64,000 nt of DNA from a bacterium (GCA_963662285.2 CAXXMV010000001.1:1152001-1216000), one strand, 5' to 3'; numbered from the stretch's first letter, positions 1 through 9,780 are shown. A program made the numbers and translations. Notes: a model not told the origin generated them from the letters alone.

Positions 1-2
1 AT

Positions 3-2414
3 AACAAGACCACCGCTGAAGAACGCTTCAGGTTGTTACGGCCATACGGTGGAGAAGAATACCAACCCGTCAATCGTTCGGAAATCGTTTTTGCCAGGAA
101 TGTCAGAGGAAAACTGCAAGGCGCGGGCAACTGGACTCAACAATATGGCGATCCGCAAAACTCAGCCTGTTCCTATGATGAATTGGTTAATGGGCCCTTA
201 GGCATCTCGTGGTTCGGCGAACCGGGTCCGCAAGGCATGGTGGAACGTCATGCACGCGCTCAAAGCCCTGTGGCTATGGATGGCCGACTTTTTGTTGAAG
301 GCGAAGAATTAATCATGGCAGTCGATGCCTATAATGGTACGCTTCTATGGCAGCGTGAAATCCCCGGAGCGGTTCGCGTTAAAATCAAAGCGGATTGCGG
401 CAACTTATGCATCACGGAAGAAGGCTTATTCATAGCTGCGCTTGATAAATGCTATCGCTTGGATCCAGAGACCGGAGATACGGTGCAGGTTTATGATCTG
501 CCCATTGGTGATCCCGGCGTCTCTCGGCGCTGGGGATACTTGTCGGTGGTTGATGGCGTCCTCTATGGTTCCTCCGCCACGCCTATGACCAATGAATACG
601 CTCATCTGTTGAAAACTTTTTTGACCAATGGTCAATGGCGACCTATTGATGAAGTGCCCAATGAATTTCATGAACAATACCAAACAGCGAGAGCCAGTTA
701 TCCTCTTCCCCTCGATTTAATTCGGGCTGCTCAACGATCAGGTATTACTTATCGATACATGACGTCATTCGCCAGCAGCGGTGAATTCACTCAAAAGAAT
801 TCCGTGTCTGATAGTTTGATGGTAAGCGACAAAGTTTTCGGGATGGATATCAATACTGGTGACTTATTGTGGGAGCATTCTAAAGGTCGTATCGCCAATA
901 TTACCATAGTCATGGGTGACGGGAAAATATTCTTTGCCGATAGCGACGTGGATTCACAACAAAGAGCAAAAGCGCTTGACCAAAGGAAACGATATATCCG
1001 CGAAGGCGTTTATCGTGAACGGCAAGGCATTTTAGATGAATTGCGGGAGAAACAAGAAAAACTGGAAGCATACACCAACCGAACTCCACCAGCTACTAAT
1101 AATGTGTTGGCCTACCTGGTCGATTCACTGAAAGCCGAGTTATTCCAAGAAGAACATCCTGAAGGCGCTTTGACCTACGATGACGCTGATGTTCGCCTGG
1201 TCACCGCTCTCGATATGAAAACCGGAGCGAAAGTATGGGAGCAAATGGTTGATCTTACCGGCTGCGGAGGCGATAAAATGGGCGCCTCGTATCGTGATGG
1301 GCGGCTGCTATTCTTCGGCAACCATGGCAACCACGACGCCTGGCGTTTTCGTGAAGGCGGCATGAAATGGCGACGCATCACAGTGCTTTCGGGCGACGCG
1401 GGAGATATGGCGTGGTCTCATCCGCTCAATTACCGCACCCGCCCCGTTATTGTCGGCAACAAAGTTATATTGGAACCCCGCGCCTGCGACTTGCGCACGG
1501 GTGAAGAGATCACCCGCATTCATCCCGTTACTGGCGAGAATGTTCCGTGGGAATTTTTACGCCCCGGGCATACTTGCGGCATATCCGCCGCATCTGCGCA
1601 AGGATTATTTTACCGCTCGGCCTGTACGGCTTTTTATGATCTTGAAAAAGACCGGGGCATTACTACATTTGGAGCCTACCGTCCGGGATGCGCCATCAGC
1701 GTAATTCCTGCATGCGGCATGTTGTTATCTCCCGAAGCGGCGGCGGGGTGCACATGTTCGTATCCCATCCGTTGTTCCGTCGCGCTGGTGCGAAAACCCG
1801 AACGTACTCAACCTTGGACAATTTTTGTAACGCCGGGATCATTAAAGCCAGTCAAAAGGTTGGCGATCAACCTGGGCGCCGTAGCTGATATGAAGGATGA
1901 TGACGGGACGGTTTGGTTTGGATACCCCAGTCCGAATACCGAGGCGCATAATCATTTCCCCAATTATGGCGTGAAATTCAACTTCAAAGAGGATGGCGTT
2001 TCGGGGATGAAATATTTCAACCGGGATCACAAAAATATCAACATTCCAGGAACCGATAAACCCTGGTTATTCACTTCAGGCTGTGTAGGATTAACCCGGT
2101 GCCGAATTCCATTACTGGATGTTGAAGACAAGGATTCTTCGGGATGCTATACCGTTCGCCTGGGATTCATGCCTCTGAAAAATGATCAAGCGGGTCAACG
2201 GGTATTCAGCGTTAAACTGCAAGATGATGTGGTATTGGAAGATATTGATATCCGTCAGTCATCCGGTTCGCTGAGTCAACCAATAGTTAAAGAATTCAAA
2301 AACATCAGCGTTAAAGATGACCTGGTACTGGAACTAATCCAGAAGAATTCTTCGTCAACTAAAAACGAAGCTACCCTCATAAACTTCATAGAAATTATTC
2401 AGGAAGAGGTGTAG
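3..2414 (+). CDS. PQQ-like beta-propeller repeat protein with C-terminal malectin-like domain (5'-partial)
   Basis: Frame is open from nt 3 to the stop at 2414. It has repeated 'D-x-x-T-G-x-x-x-W' propeller motifs (DAYNGTLLW, DINTGDLLW, DMKTGAKVW), an 'LRPYGG' motif and a C-terminal 'YTVRLGF...GQRVFSVKLQ' malectin-like segment. Confidence 0.8.
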   Translation, partial: NKTTAEERFRLLRPYGGEEYQPVNRSEIVFARNVRGKLQGAGNWTQQYGDPQNSACSYDELVNGPLGISWFGEPGPQGMVERHARAQSPVAMDGRLFVEGEELIMAVDAYNGTLLWQREIPGAVRVKIKADCGNLCITEEGLFIAALDKCYRLDPETGDTVQVYDLPIGDPGVSRRWGYLSVVDGVLYGSSATPMTNEYAHLLKTFLTNGQWRPIDEVPNEFHEQYQTARASYPLPLDLIRAAQRSGITYRYMTSFASSGEFTQKNSVSDSLMVSDKVFGMDINTGDLLWEHSKGRIANITIVMGDGKIFFADSDVDSQQRAKALDQRKRYIREGVYRERQGILDELREKQEKLEAYTNRTPPATNNVLAYLVDSLKAELFQEEHPEGALTYDDADVRLVTALDMKTGAKVWEQMVDLTGCGGDKMGASYRDGRLLFFGNHGNHDAWRFREGGMKWRRITVLSGDAGDMAWSHPLNYRTRPVIVGNKVILEPRACDLRTGEEITRIHPVTGENVPWEFLRPGHTCGISAASAQGLFYRSACTAFYDLEKDRGITTFGAYRPGCAISVIPACGMLLSPEAAAGCTCSYPIRCSVALVRKPERTQPWTIFVTPGSLKPVKRLAINLGAVADMKDDDGTVWFGYPSPNTEAHNHFPNYGVKFNFKEDGVSGMKYFNRDHKNINIPGTDKPWLFTSGCVGLTRCRIPLLDVEDKDSSGCYTVRLGFMPLKNDQAGQRVFSVKLQDDVVLEDIDIRQSSGSLSQPIVKEFKNISVKDDLVLELIQKNSSSTKNEATLINFIEIIQEEV

Positions 2415-2423
2415 AGAATTTAT

Positions 2424-2598
2424 TAAACCTTAAAACGGCAGTTCGTTTTTGCAGAGGTGGTTTATATCAACCCTCTCCTTACCTCTCCCAGTCTTGGGAG
2501 AGGAATGTTAGACCACCGTATTTGTATAACTAAAACACAATGATATAACTGGTAATATTTCCGAAACCCCTCTCCCCCAAGTTGGGGGAGAATTCAAG
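2424..2598. mobile_element. Left half of REP-bearing MITE (family B), interrupted by IS481-family element
   Basis: Closely similar to 31989-32194 (shared tcaaccctctccttacctctccc...gatataactggtaatatttcc...ccctctcccccaagttgggggagaattcaag). The remainder of the element resumes at 4421 (agggggttgtt). Confidence 0.8.
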
Positions 2599-2692
2599 TG
2601 TATGAACCGGGCACATCCTTTACAGAATAAACCGGGCACATGGTTTACACAAGTCGATACTAAGAACCGACCAGAAGAAAGGAGTCGGTTCG

Positions 2693-3766
2693 ATGACTTG
2701 GAAGGAAAACAGTGCCATGGATGCAAGAATGAAATTTATTGCGGATGTCCTCCGCAAAGAAGACACACTAAGCGCCTTATGCCAAGCATATGGCATTAGT
2801 AGACCAACCGGATATAAATGGATCAAGCGCTATCAGGAAGACGGTCCTGGTGGATTGGAGGAGCGATCCCGGGCGCCCCATACCCAAGCACTAGCCGTTT
2901 CTAAAGAGACCGAAAAAGAAGTGAAGGCTATGCGAAAAAAGTTTCCGCACTACGGTCCTAAAAAATTACGGGTGGAACTGAAAAAAAAGGATGCGACGAA
3001 GCACTGGCCGGCAATCAGTACGATTGGCGAGATACTAAAACGCAAAAATCTGATTGTCAGCCGCAAGCAAAAAGATCGCGCCAAACCAAGTGGTGAAGCG
3101 TTAACCGAATTCGACCAAGTGAACCGCGTATGGTGCGCGGATTTCAAAGGAGATTTTCTAACGGGAGACGAACATCGATGTTTCCCTTTAACCGTATCGG
3201 AAGGGGCTAGCCGCTATTTACTCTGCTGCCAAGGCATGCAAGAAACCAATGGCGCATTGGTACGCGTAATTTTCGAGCAGATTTTTCGCGAGTATGGTTT
3301 ACCAGAAGTCATTCGAACGGATAACGGGGCGCCCTTTGCGTCGACCGGAATCGGAGGGTTAACCAAATTATCCGTGTGGTGGATAAAACTGAGAATTTAT
3401 CCAGAACGAATCCAGCCGGGTCGGCCTCAACAAAATGGCCGTCATGAGCGAATTCACCGGACCTTGAAAGCAGAGGCCATTTCTCCACCAGCGCCAACGC
3501 TGCGTGAACAACAAAAACGTTTTGATCAATTTCAAAAAGTGTACAACGAAGAGCGGCCTCATGAGAGTTTGGGACAACGACCTCCCGCGCAGTTGTATCA
3601 ACCCTCGCCGCGCGTCTATTCAGGTAAAGCGCCGAATTGGGAGTATCCAGAGACCATGCAGGTGCGCCAAGTGAAAACCCATGGTGAAATCAGTTGGCGA
3701 AGCAAGCATTGGTATTTGGGGGAAGCTTTGGGAGGTGAATTGGTGGGACTAGAGGAATTGGAATAG
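2693..3766 (+). CDS. IS481-family transposase (HTH + rve integrase core), C-terminally truncated by an in-frame TAG; frame continues to 3904
   Basis: N-terminal HTH (LCQAYGISRPTGYKW) and DDE motifs WCADFKG, IRTDNGAPF, QNGRHERIHRTLK, YNEERPHESL. After TAG 3764-3766 the frame reads NNWRISLGNVILGWL...CPR-TAA (3904). Confidence 0.9.
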   Translation: MTWKENSAMDARMKFIADVLRKEDTLSALCQAYGISRPTGYKWIKRYQEDGPGGLEERSRAPHTQALAVSKETEKEVKAMRKKFPHYGPKKLRVELKKKDATKHWPAISTIGEILKRKNLIVSRKQKDRAKPSGEALTEFDQVNRVWCADFKGDFLTGDEHRCFPLTVSEGASRYLLCCQGMQETNGALVRVIFEQIFREYGLPEVIRTDNGAPFASTGIGGLTKLSVWWIKLRIYPERIQPGRPQQNGRHERIHRTLKAEAISPPAPTLREQQKRFDQFQKVYNEERPHESLGQRPPAQLYQPSPRVYSGKAPNWEYPETMQVRQVKTHGEISWRSKHWYLGEALGGELVGLEELE

Positions 3767-4030
3767 AATAATTGGCGCATTAGTTTGGGTAACGTGATTC
3801 TCGGTTGGTTGAATATGTCAAAAGGTGAGGTGGTGCGTGAATTGTCTTTGAGACGCATCAATCATCCAAAAGCAATCAGTCACCCGGCAGTATGTCCCAG
3901 GTAAAAAATGAGCTAGGGAAGTATCAAGATGATGAATAATTCAGGTATTAATTTTCCTGAGATTGAATCCAGATCGTCTCTTTTTCGAGAAAATCAAAGA
4001 GCGCACGGGTGAAAAAAAAGGTGGCAATAT

Positions 4031-4214
4031 CGGGGGCGCCGCCCCCGTACCCCCGGAGTTTTTTTAGGCATTAGCACAAACTCCAGATAGTATGCAAAAA
4101 AAAGCAAAGGGACGGTTCTAAATCCGTCCCTTTAGCGACTATCCGTCGCCCGTGCACCAGGATATCCCTTGACAGGTTGCTCTCCAGCAGAGCCTGTCTC
4201 CGTTTCTCCTGGTG
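4031..4214. ncRNA. Candidate structured RNA inside the IS 3' non-coding region
   Basis: Five consecutive stem-loops, including a nested multi-stem (caccagga...gacagg...tgctctccagca...cctgtc...tcctggtg). No convincing ORF in this region. Confidence 0.4.
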
Positions 4215-4452
4215 ATAATAACTATCGGATAGCTCGAAATAATCTGTAGAAAAAGAAGTAAAAAAACAGTTCTAGCAAGTAAGCAATTCAGAATACGTTG
4301 ATATACCTGAAAACGGATTATCTCTTTAAAAAAACAGATAAGTTGCCATAATTTTCGAGACAAAAGTGTAAACCATGTGCCCGGTCTAAAGTGTAAACTA
4401 TGTGCCCGGTCATTCACAAGAGGGGGTTGTTTTCAAACACCGTGGATTAATT

Positions 4453-6240
4453 CTAATACAACGACCAATCAGTCACTGCGGTTTGATCAGAGATATCGAT
4501 TCTGCTCCAATCCGGATTGCCGTTTTGTATAGAGTTGGTTAAGGGCCATTGAATAGCCGGATTTTGGTTTGAAACCACCCATAAATTACTGGTCGAGTAT
4601 GTTTTGCTATAGCGCGTATATACGGTATAGTTACCATTAGGCCAGGATACTGACATGGGACCGAAATACTCATTGAAGAGCGTGAATATATCTGACGAAC
4701 TGGAATTATCAAAATCATAGCGTTTCATCTTAACCGCTTGTTGATCTAATTCTGTATAGATCAATCCCGAAGCGTCGGGCAGCCAGGTGGGATTCGATGC
4801 GTTCATGGAATAAAAAACTTCTTCGCCCACAGTGGTTGAATTGTCTTTTATGCGGTAAATCCCTTTAAGAAATTTCTCGTATAAAATCCAATCATCCACA
4901 GGAGACCAGGCTTGAGCGTTCATGGATATATGCTCGCCAAGTTGAGAAAATACATCCTGGCTAATGGTGTATTCCACCGGATCGGGAGTGATTTTTCTGA
5001 AGAGTCCGTCCATAGAAAAACCAATCACTGAGCCATCGCTTGACCAGGTTAAATTACGAGGCTCAAAATGGGAGCTGTTGCGATAGTAGATAACTTGAAC
5101 ATCAGCCACAGTTTCACCAGCGACAACGTCTAGAACCGTCGCTGCGATTTCGCGGTAAGAATCAGAGAGCACGGCGATGGATTGAAAAACGCCAATCCCG
5201 AAGTCCATGACATTTTCAACGCGGAATGTAGTGTAATCATTCGGCGCCAGTTGAATGCTGACCGGCTCAGGCGCCCCGTGAATAATGAGCATAGCCGCAT
5301 AATACTCATTATTCGAGTTATAAACCGTCCCTTCCACTGTGCCGGTAGGCGTATCTGCGGGTAGATTGTTGATTGAAGGGAAATTGGTAATGCGGCGCAG
5401 TCCGCTTCCATCTGGACGAATGGCGAAGATATCTGAAGAGTAAATCGATTGATGGAATTCATGATTGCTGGTGAAAGCGATTTCCGAGGCGTCGGGCCTC
5501 CAGGCGACGTCGAACATTTTGGAGAACTCGCTTTCGATTCGCCATACGCTCCGGTCATTGCTGCCATCAGGCTCTACCAGGCGGATTTCATTGAAATCAT
5601 TATCGCCATGCAGGTAAGTAATCGTTCCAAGCGTATCCGGCGTCATTATTTCTCCCGATATCCTGCATGAAACATTGTCAATATGCATGGCCAAGTCGGA
5701 CGCGACGGCATAAATAATGAAATATAACCTCCCCCCGTTTTGAACATGCTGACTGAGTGTTGCAATATCGGCTGGAGTTAATGAATAGTTGATCGCGTCC
5801 CAGGAGGCGGAAACCCGGTTTGCGTCGTTGTTGAAATGCACCTGAACCAAAGGCGAATCCAAAGGCGCCGCTTGAGCGAATATGCCTGCGCCTGATTGAG
5901 AGAAGCCGGGATTATAACCAACCGACATAAAACGATAATCAAAAGCCACATCAATTTGCTTTATAACCGATGGCGTAAATAGTGGTTGGGCTGTATAAGC
6001 CCAATAATTTTCGCTTTGGGTGGGCGCCAATGACATGCCCCAGCCTGCGCCCTGATAATTGGCTTCCTGAGTGATATACGATAATGAGCCGGAGATTCCC
6101 CAACCCGTGTCATCTGCGTCAAACGATCCGTTAATTATGTATTCGGCGTGGTCAATCGTATTAGCTGAGCATTCGGATATCTCAGTGAAGCATAGGATGA
6201 GCAAGAGAAAAGATAAGCCGGAAATAACAAACGATCTCAT
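4453..6240 (-). CDS. Secreted protein with N-terminal CBM-like domain, TolB/PD40-like propeller repeats and C-terminal VTDWSLY motif
   Basis: Signal peptide; 'INGSFD' CBM-like start; PD40-type 'WRPDASEIAFTS', 'IRPDGSGLRRIT', 'WSSDG', 'WLPDA' motifs; RBS (gaggt) upstream. Confidence 0.75.
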   Translation of the reverse strand: MRSFVISGLSFLLLILCFTEISECSANTIDHAEYIINGSFDADDTGWGISGSLSYITQEANYQGAGWGMSLAPTQSENYWAYTAQPLFTPSVIKQIDVAFDYRFMSVGYNPGFSQSGAGIFAQAAPLDSPLVQVHFNNDANRVSASWDAINYSLTPADIATLSQHVQNGGRLYFIIYAVASDLAMHIDNVSCRISGEIMTPDTLGTITYLHGDNDFNEIRLVEPDGSNDRSVWRIESEFSKMFDVAWRPDASEIAFTSNHEFHQSIYSSDIFAIRPDGSGLRRITNFPSINNLPADTPTGTVEGTVYNSNNEYYAAMLIIHGAPEPVSIQLAPNDYTTFRVENVMDFGIGVFQSIAVLSDSYREIAATVLDVVAGETVADVQVIYYRNSSHFEPRNLTWSSDGSVIGFSMDGLFRKITPDPVEYTISQDVFSQLGEHISMNAQAWSPVDDWILYEKFLKGIYRIKDNSTTVGEEVFYSMNASNPTWLPDASGLIYTELDQQAVKMKRYDFDNSSSSDIFTLFNEYFGPMSVSWPNGNYTVYTRYSKTYSTSNLWVVSNQNPAIQWPLTNSIQNGNPDWSRIDISDQTAVTDWSLY

Positions 6241-6321
6241 AATTACCTCATTTCAGTGAATTTTCAGTTTATAAAATTATACTTAATTTTGTTTTTTTTA
6301 AATATTTTTTTTTGATTAAAT

Positions 6322-6506
6322 GTAACAGGTCAGCCATATAAAGTAGTAACACTATAACTATGTTTTATACAAGGCTTTTTTATTAAAATTCTCCCCCCAA
6401 GTTTGGGGGGAGTTAGAGGGGGGTTGCGTTTCAACGAATCAACCCCCACCTAACCTCCCCCAGGCTTGGGGGAGGGATAACGCACTTCAATTGGCTGACC
6501 AGTTAC
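6322..6506. mobile_element. 185-bp MITE (family C) carrying two REP-like dyads
   Basis: 15-bp TIRs GTAACAGGTCAGCCA / TGGCTGACCAGTTAC (1 mismatch) and a perfect 8-bp flanking direct repeat GATTAAAT (6314-6321, 6507-6514). Internal ctccccccaagtttggggggag and cctcccccaggcttgggggagg dyads. Confidence 0.85.
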
Positions 6507-6677
6507 GATTAAATTATATTGTTGTAAATTTCGGTTTTTATATGATAAATATGGTTCTTTGCAATAAATATCTTTTCATACAGCAAGTATGAGTATACCA
6601 TTCGTTATATAAATATATATGATAATCTATCTAATTTTCAGGATAGCGCGTCTTAATACGCGCATATAACTAATTCT

Positions 6678-8957
6678 ATGATATATGACCTGCTTATTGC
6701 ACTTGTTTGGTACTTGGTTTTCACCGGTTTTGGCATAATTGCGTTGCCTATATCAATGATGATATTCCGCCGGATGCCGGATGGAGGAATTCTTCTCTCC
6801 CGTCCACTGGGGTGGCTGCTCCTGGGTTTCCTCTCCTGGTGGCTCTCATATCTTCATATCCTTCCTTTCTCGTTTTGGGGGATATCGATTATATCGGTAG
6901 CCTTGTTCGTATTTTCATTGCAGATATTAAAGAAACGCTCTTCCTGGTACCAGCGGAAATTGCGCTTGCATTGGCGGACAGCGCTTAACGGTGAATTCAT
7001 AGCGATTTTAGCGTTTATGTTGATTCTATTGGCCAGCCGTGAAGATCCTGGCATCGGGACAACCGAAAAACCGATGGATATCATGATGCTAAACGCGATG
7101 GTGACGGCCAGTTACATGCCTCCCCCTGATCCCTGGCTGGCCGGGCATCCCATCAATTACCATTATGCTGGATACCTGCTGCATTCGATCCCCATTCAAC
7201 TGACCGGCATTAATCCGGAAATCGGATATAACATGGCGTTTCCCATAGTCGCCATGTTGGGCGCCGCTATCGCATTCGTCCTAGGGCGGGCCTTGTTCAG
7301 GCGATGCCGCTGGGCTGTACTGACTCCGGTGTGCATCTTTTTTATAGGCAACCTGGCGGGAGTTTTGGGCTTTCTAGAGAGGGTTACTCTGCAAAGCACA
7401 TTGTATGACTGGCGCTTCGGATTTATGTGGAATACGACGCGAGTGATTAAAGATGTCGGGGGCGATACTATAAATGAGTATCCCTTCTTCACTTTATTAT
7501 GGGGCGACCTGCATCCGCATTTCTCTAACATGCCTTTTGTCTTGTTTTTCATGGCTTTAACTTACGCCATTGGCCGCGCTATGCTTAGTTTATCAGCCAA
7601 GCGTATGTATAAATATGAATGGCCCCTGATTTTAGTTTCTGCGATGGCCTGCGGCTTCATTTTTCCAACCAACGTTTTTGATTTCCCTATCAGTTCCCTG
7701 TTTTATGGATTTGCCACAGGCGGCGTGTTTGTCTACCTTTTGTTTAATTCTGGCAAAAAATGGAAAAACGTGATTCCCTATGCGGCTTTGCTGTTTCTAC
7801 CCATCGCCGGTTATATCCTGGCGCTTCCATTCTGGATGCACTTCATTCCACCCGATCAGGGCACAAAACTGATGATCAGCACTCAGCATACTGATCTGAA
7901 CGAGTTCCTGCTTGTTTTCGGGCTGCATACGGCGGCGACTATCACCTTTCTGCTTCTGCGGGGGCGGCGCATGTTGTTGCGCTCCAGCGTTGAAGAGGTT
8001 GGCTTTATAGTTGGTTTATTCGGAATCCTATTTATAGCGCTTTGGGCGTGGTTCGGTTATATAGTATGCGGCTTGGCGCCTTGTCTGGCGCTGATGCTGT
8101 GGTTACTGGCATTTTACGCAGCCATGCGGCGCTATGATTCTGACGCTAAAGCCAATTTCGGCCCCGAACTGTTCGCGCTGGTTGCCTGCGCCTTATCATG
8201 GTCCATGATAGCAGGATGCGAGTTTGTGTTCCTCAAAGATAATTATGGAATCGCCCGCATGAATACTCTATTTAAAGTCCATTTTCCAACCTGGTTTATG
8301 ATGGGTATGGGATTGCCTTATCTACTGTACTACGAATATCAGCGGGTTGACCGTACTCCCTATAGGTGGTTTGTAATGATGCCGTTATTGGGAGTATTTC
8401 TTCTGTCGCTGGTTACTCCGGTTTTTACTTTCGCCTGGTTGGGCAAGATTCATTATACTAACGAATACGCCACTCTGGACGGACTAGATTTTCTGCGTAG
8501 GCCAAACGCCCAGCCCCATACCGCTGCTATCATTGATTGGATTCGAGAGAATACCGAAACAACCGACCGCATTCTGGAAGTGCCGGGATGCGGGTATCAA
8601 GTGGAAAGCGCAATTTCAGCATTCACAGGACGCTCAACGGTTGTCGGTTGGGTGGGGCATGAACAACTGTGGCGTTCTGGAGATATACAACAAGAAGTTG
8701 GATCACGCAAATCAGAAGCAGAACGCTTTTACACCACGCAAAACTGGAGTGAAGCGCAAGATATACTCAAAAAATATCGAATCAACTATGTTGTTTTTAT
8801 AACTCCTTCGTGTTCAGATAAAGCATCTCTATTATCGCGTATGAATACTGGAGTATTCCGCAATCATCTCGCGCCGATCATGACTGAAACAGGATTAGTA
8901 AGCGGTAGACCGGGGCGTTTTGAACTATATCAAGTTTCCGATTCAATAATAAATTAG
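6678..8957 (+). CDS. DUF2298 / Chlor_Arch_YYY integral membrane protein (putative GT-C-fold transferase)
   Basis: 'EKPMD...PPPDPWLAGHPINYHYAG', 'TINEYPFFTLLWGDLHPH', 'RMNTLFK', 'TLDGLDF' and 'STVVGWVGHEQLWR' motifs; many TM segments. Confidence 0.85.
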   Translation: MIYDLLIALVWYLVFTGFGIIALPISMMIFRRMPDGGILLSRPLGWLLLGFLSWWLSYLHILPFSFWGISIISVALFVFSLQILKKRSSWYQRKLRLHWRTALNGEFIAILAFMLILLASREDPGIGTTEKPMDIMMLNAMVTASYMPPPDPWLAGHPINYHYAGYLLHSIPIQLTGINPEIGYNMAFPIVAMLGAAIAFVLGRALFRRCRWAVLTPVCIFFIGNLAGVLGFLERVTLQSTLYDWRFGFMWNTTRVIKDVGGDTINEYPFFTLLWGDLHPHFSNMPFVLFFMALTYAIGRAMLSLSAKRMYKYEWPLILVSAMACGFIFPTNVFDFPISSLFYGFATGGVFVYLLFNSGKKWKNVIPYAALLFLPIAGYILALPFWMHFIPPDQGTKLMISTQHTDLNEFLLVFGLHTAATITFLLLRGRRMLLRSSVEEVGFIVGLFGILFIALWAWFGYIVCGLAPCLALMLWLLAFYAAMRRYDSDAKANFGPELFALVACALSWSMIAGCEFVFLKDNYGIARMNTLFKVHFPTWFMMGMGLPYLLYYEYQRVDRTPYRWFVMMPLLGVFLLSLVTPVFTFAWLGKIHYTNEYATLDGLDFLRRPNAQPHTAAIIDWIRENTETTDRILEVPGCGYQVESAISAFTGRSTVVGWVGHEQLWRSGDIQQEVGSRKSEAERFYTTQNWSEAQDILKKYRINYVVFITPSCSDKASLLSRMNTGVFRNHLAPIMTETGLVSGRPGRFELYQVSDSIIN

Positions 8958-8970
8958 AATAATTCAGGTC

Positions 8971-9780
8971 TTGGATATGGCAATAAATCAATTAAACGGC
9001 ATACTGGTCGAAATCATAGAAAATAAGAAACGTGAAGTTGAGCAGCGCAAAAAGCTACGTTCCCTTGAAGAACTCCAGCAAGCCATCCAATCGGCGCTGC
9101 CCGTACGTGATTTCCGGGTTAACTTACGTCGCGGGGATGGCCCACTTAAATTATTGGCTGAAATTAAAGCCGCATCTCCGTCTGCGGGGAAAATCCGCTC
9201 TGATTTTGATCCTGCCCAGATAGCCCTGCTCTATGAGGAATGCGGCGCCGCTGCAATTTCAGTATTGACTGACGAAAAATATTTCTCCGGCGCTGACCAG
9301 CACCTTCAAGCCGCCCGTGCGGCGGTATCGCTGCCCGTTCTGCGTAAGGATTTCACTATCGATGAATATCAACTCTACGAAAGCCGGGCGTTCGGGGCTG
9401 ACGCAATCCTATTAATGGCCCAGGTTCTTACTCAAGATACATTCGTGTATCTTTACCAGAAAGCCTATGAATTGGGCTTGCAGGTTCTGGCCGAGGGGCA
9501 CACCGAAGAACAAATTCGCTTTATCGTCTCAATCGGCGCCAAGGTAATTGGAGTTAATAACCGGAATTTCGAAACCATGAAAACCGATATTAAAACCACG
9601 CTGGATCGCCGTAGCCTTATACCCTCTGATCGCATCCTGGTCAGTCAAAGCGGTATGTTCAGCCGTGATGATGTTATTCCATTGGACGCAGCGGGAGTGG
9701 ATGCGATTCAGGTTGGGACGTCTCTCATGCAAAACGCGGATATGAAACAGCAGTTTAAAACCCTTTTATATAGTATTTAG
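8971..9780 (+). CDS. trpC: Indole-3-glycerol phosphate synthase
   Basis: AEIKAASPSAG, ISVLTDEKYFSG, LRKDF, GADAILL and GVNNRN motifs. Start may be ATG 8977. Confidence 0.95.
   Translation: MDMAINQLNGILVEIIENKKREVEQRKKLRSLEELQQAIQSALPVRDFRVNLRRGDGPLKLLAEIKAASPSAGKIRSDFDPAQIALLYEECGAAAISVLTDEKYFSGADQHLQAARAAVSLPVLRKDFTIDEYQLYESRAFGADAILLMAQVLTQDTFVYLYQKAYELGLQVLAEGHTEEQIRFIVSIGAKVIGVNNRNFETMKTDIKTTLDRRSLIPSDRILVSQSGMFSRDDVIPLDAAGVDAIQVGTSLMQNADMKQQFKTLLYSI

Larger units (their letters stand above)
2599..4416 (+). mobile_element. IS481-family insertion sequence
   Basis: Ends are TGTATGAACCGGGCACA and TGTGCCCGGTCATTCA. Each end carries two tandem ACCGGGCACATnnTTTACA boxes. Flanking CAAG is duplicated (2595-2598, 4417-4420), and the element encodes a DDE transposase. 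Confidence 0.9.

Noticed and set aside
4139-4417. 92-aa minus-strand ORF in the IS 3' region
   Set aside because: Starts inside the terminal repeat, has no RBS or recognisable motif, and mirrors the spurious ORF at 2602.
4417-4418. IS right end at 4418 (TGT...ACA ends with 2-bp AG duplication)
   Set aside because: An end at 4416 aligns better with the left end (TGTATGA/TGAATGA) and gives a 4-bp CAAG duplication; the alternative is not fully excluded.
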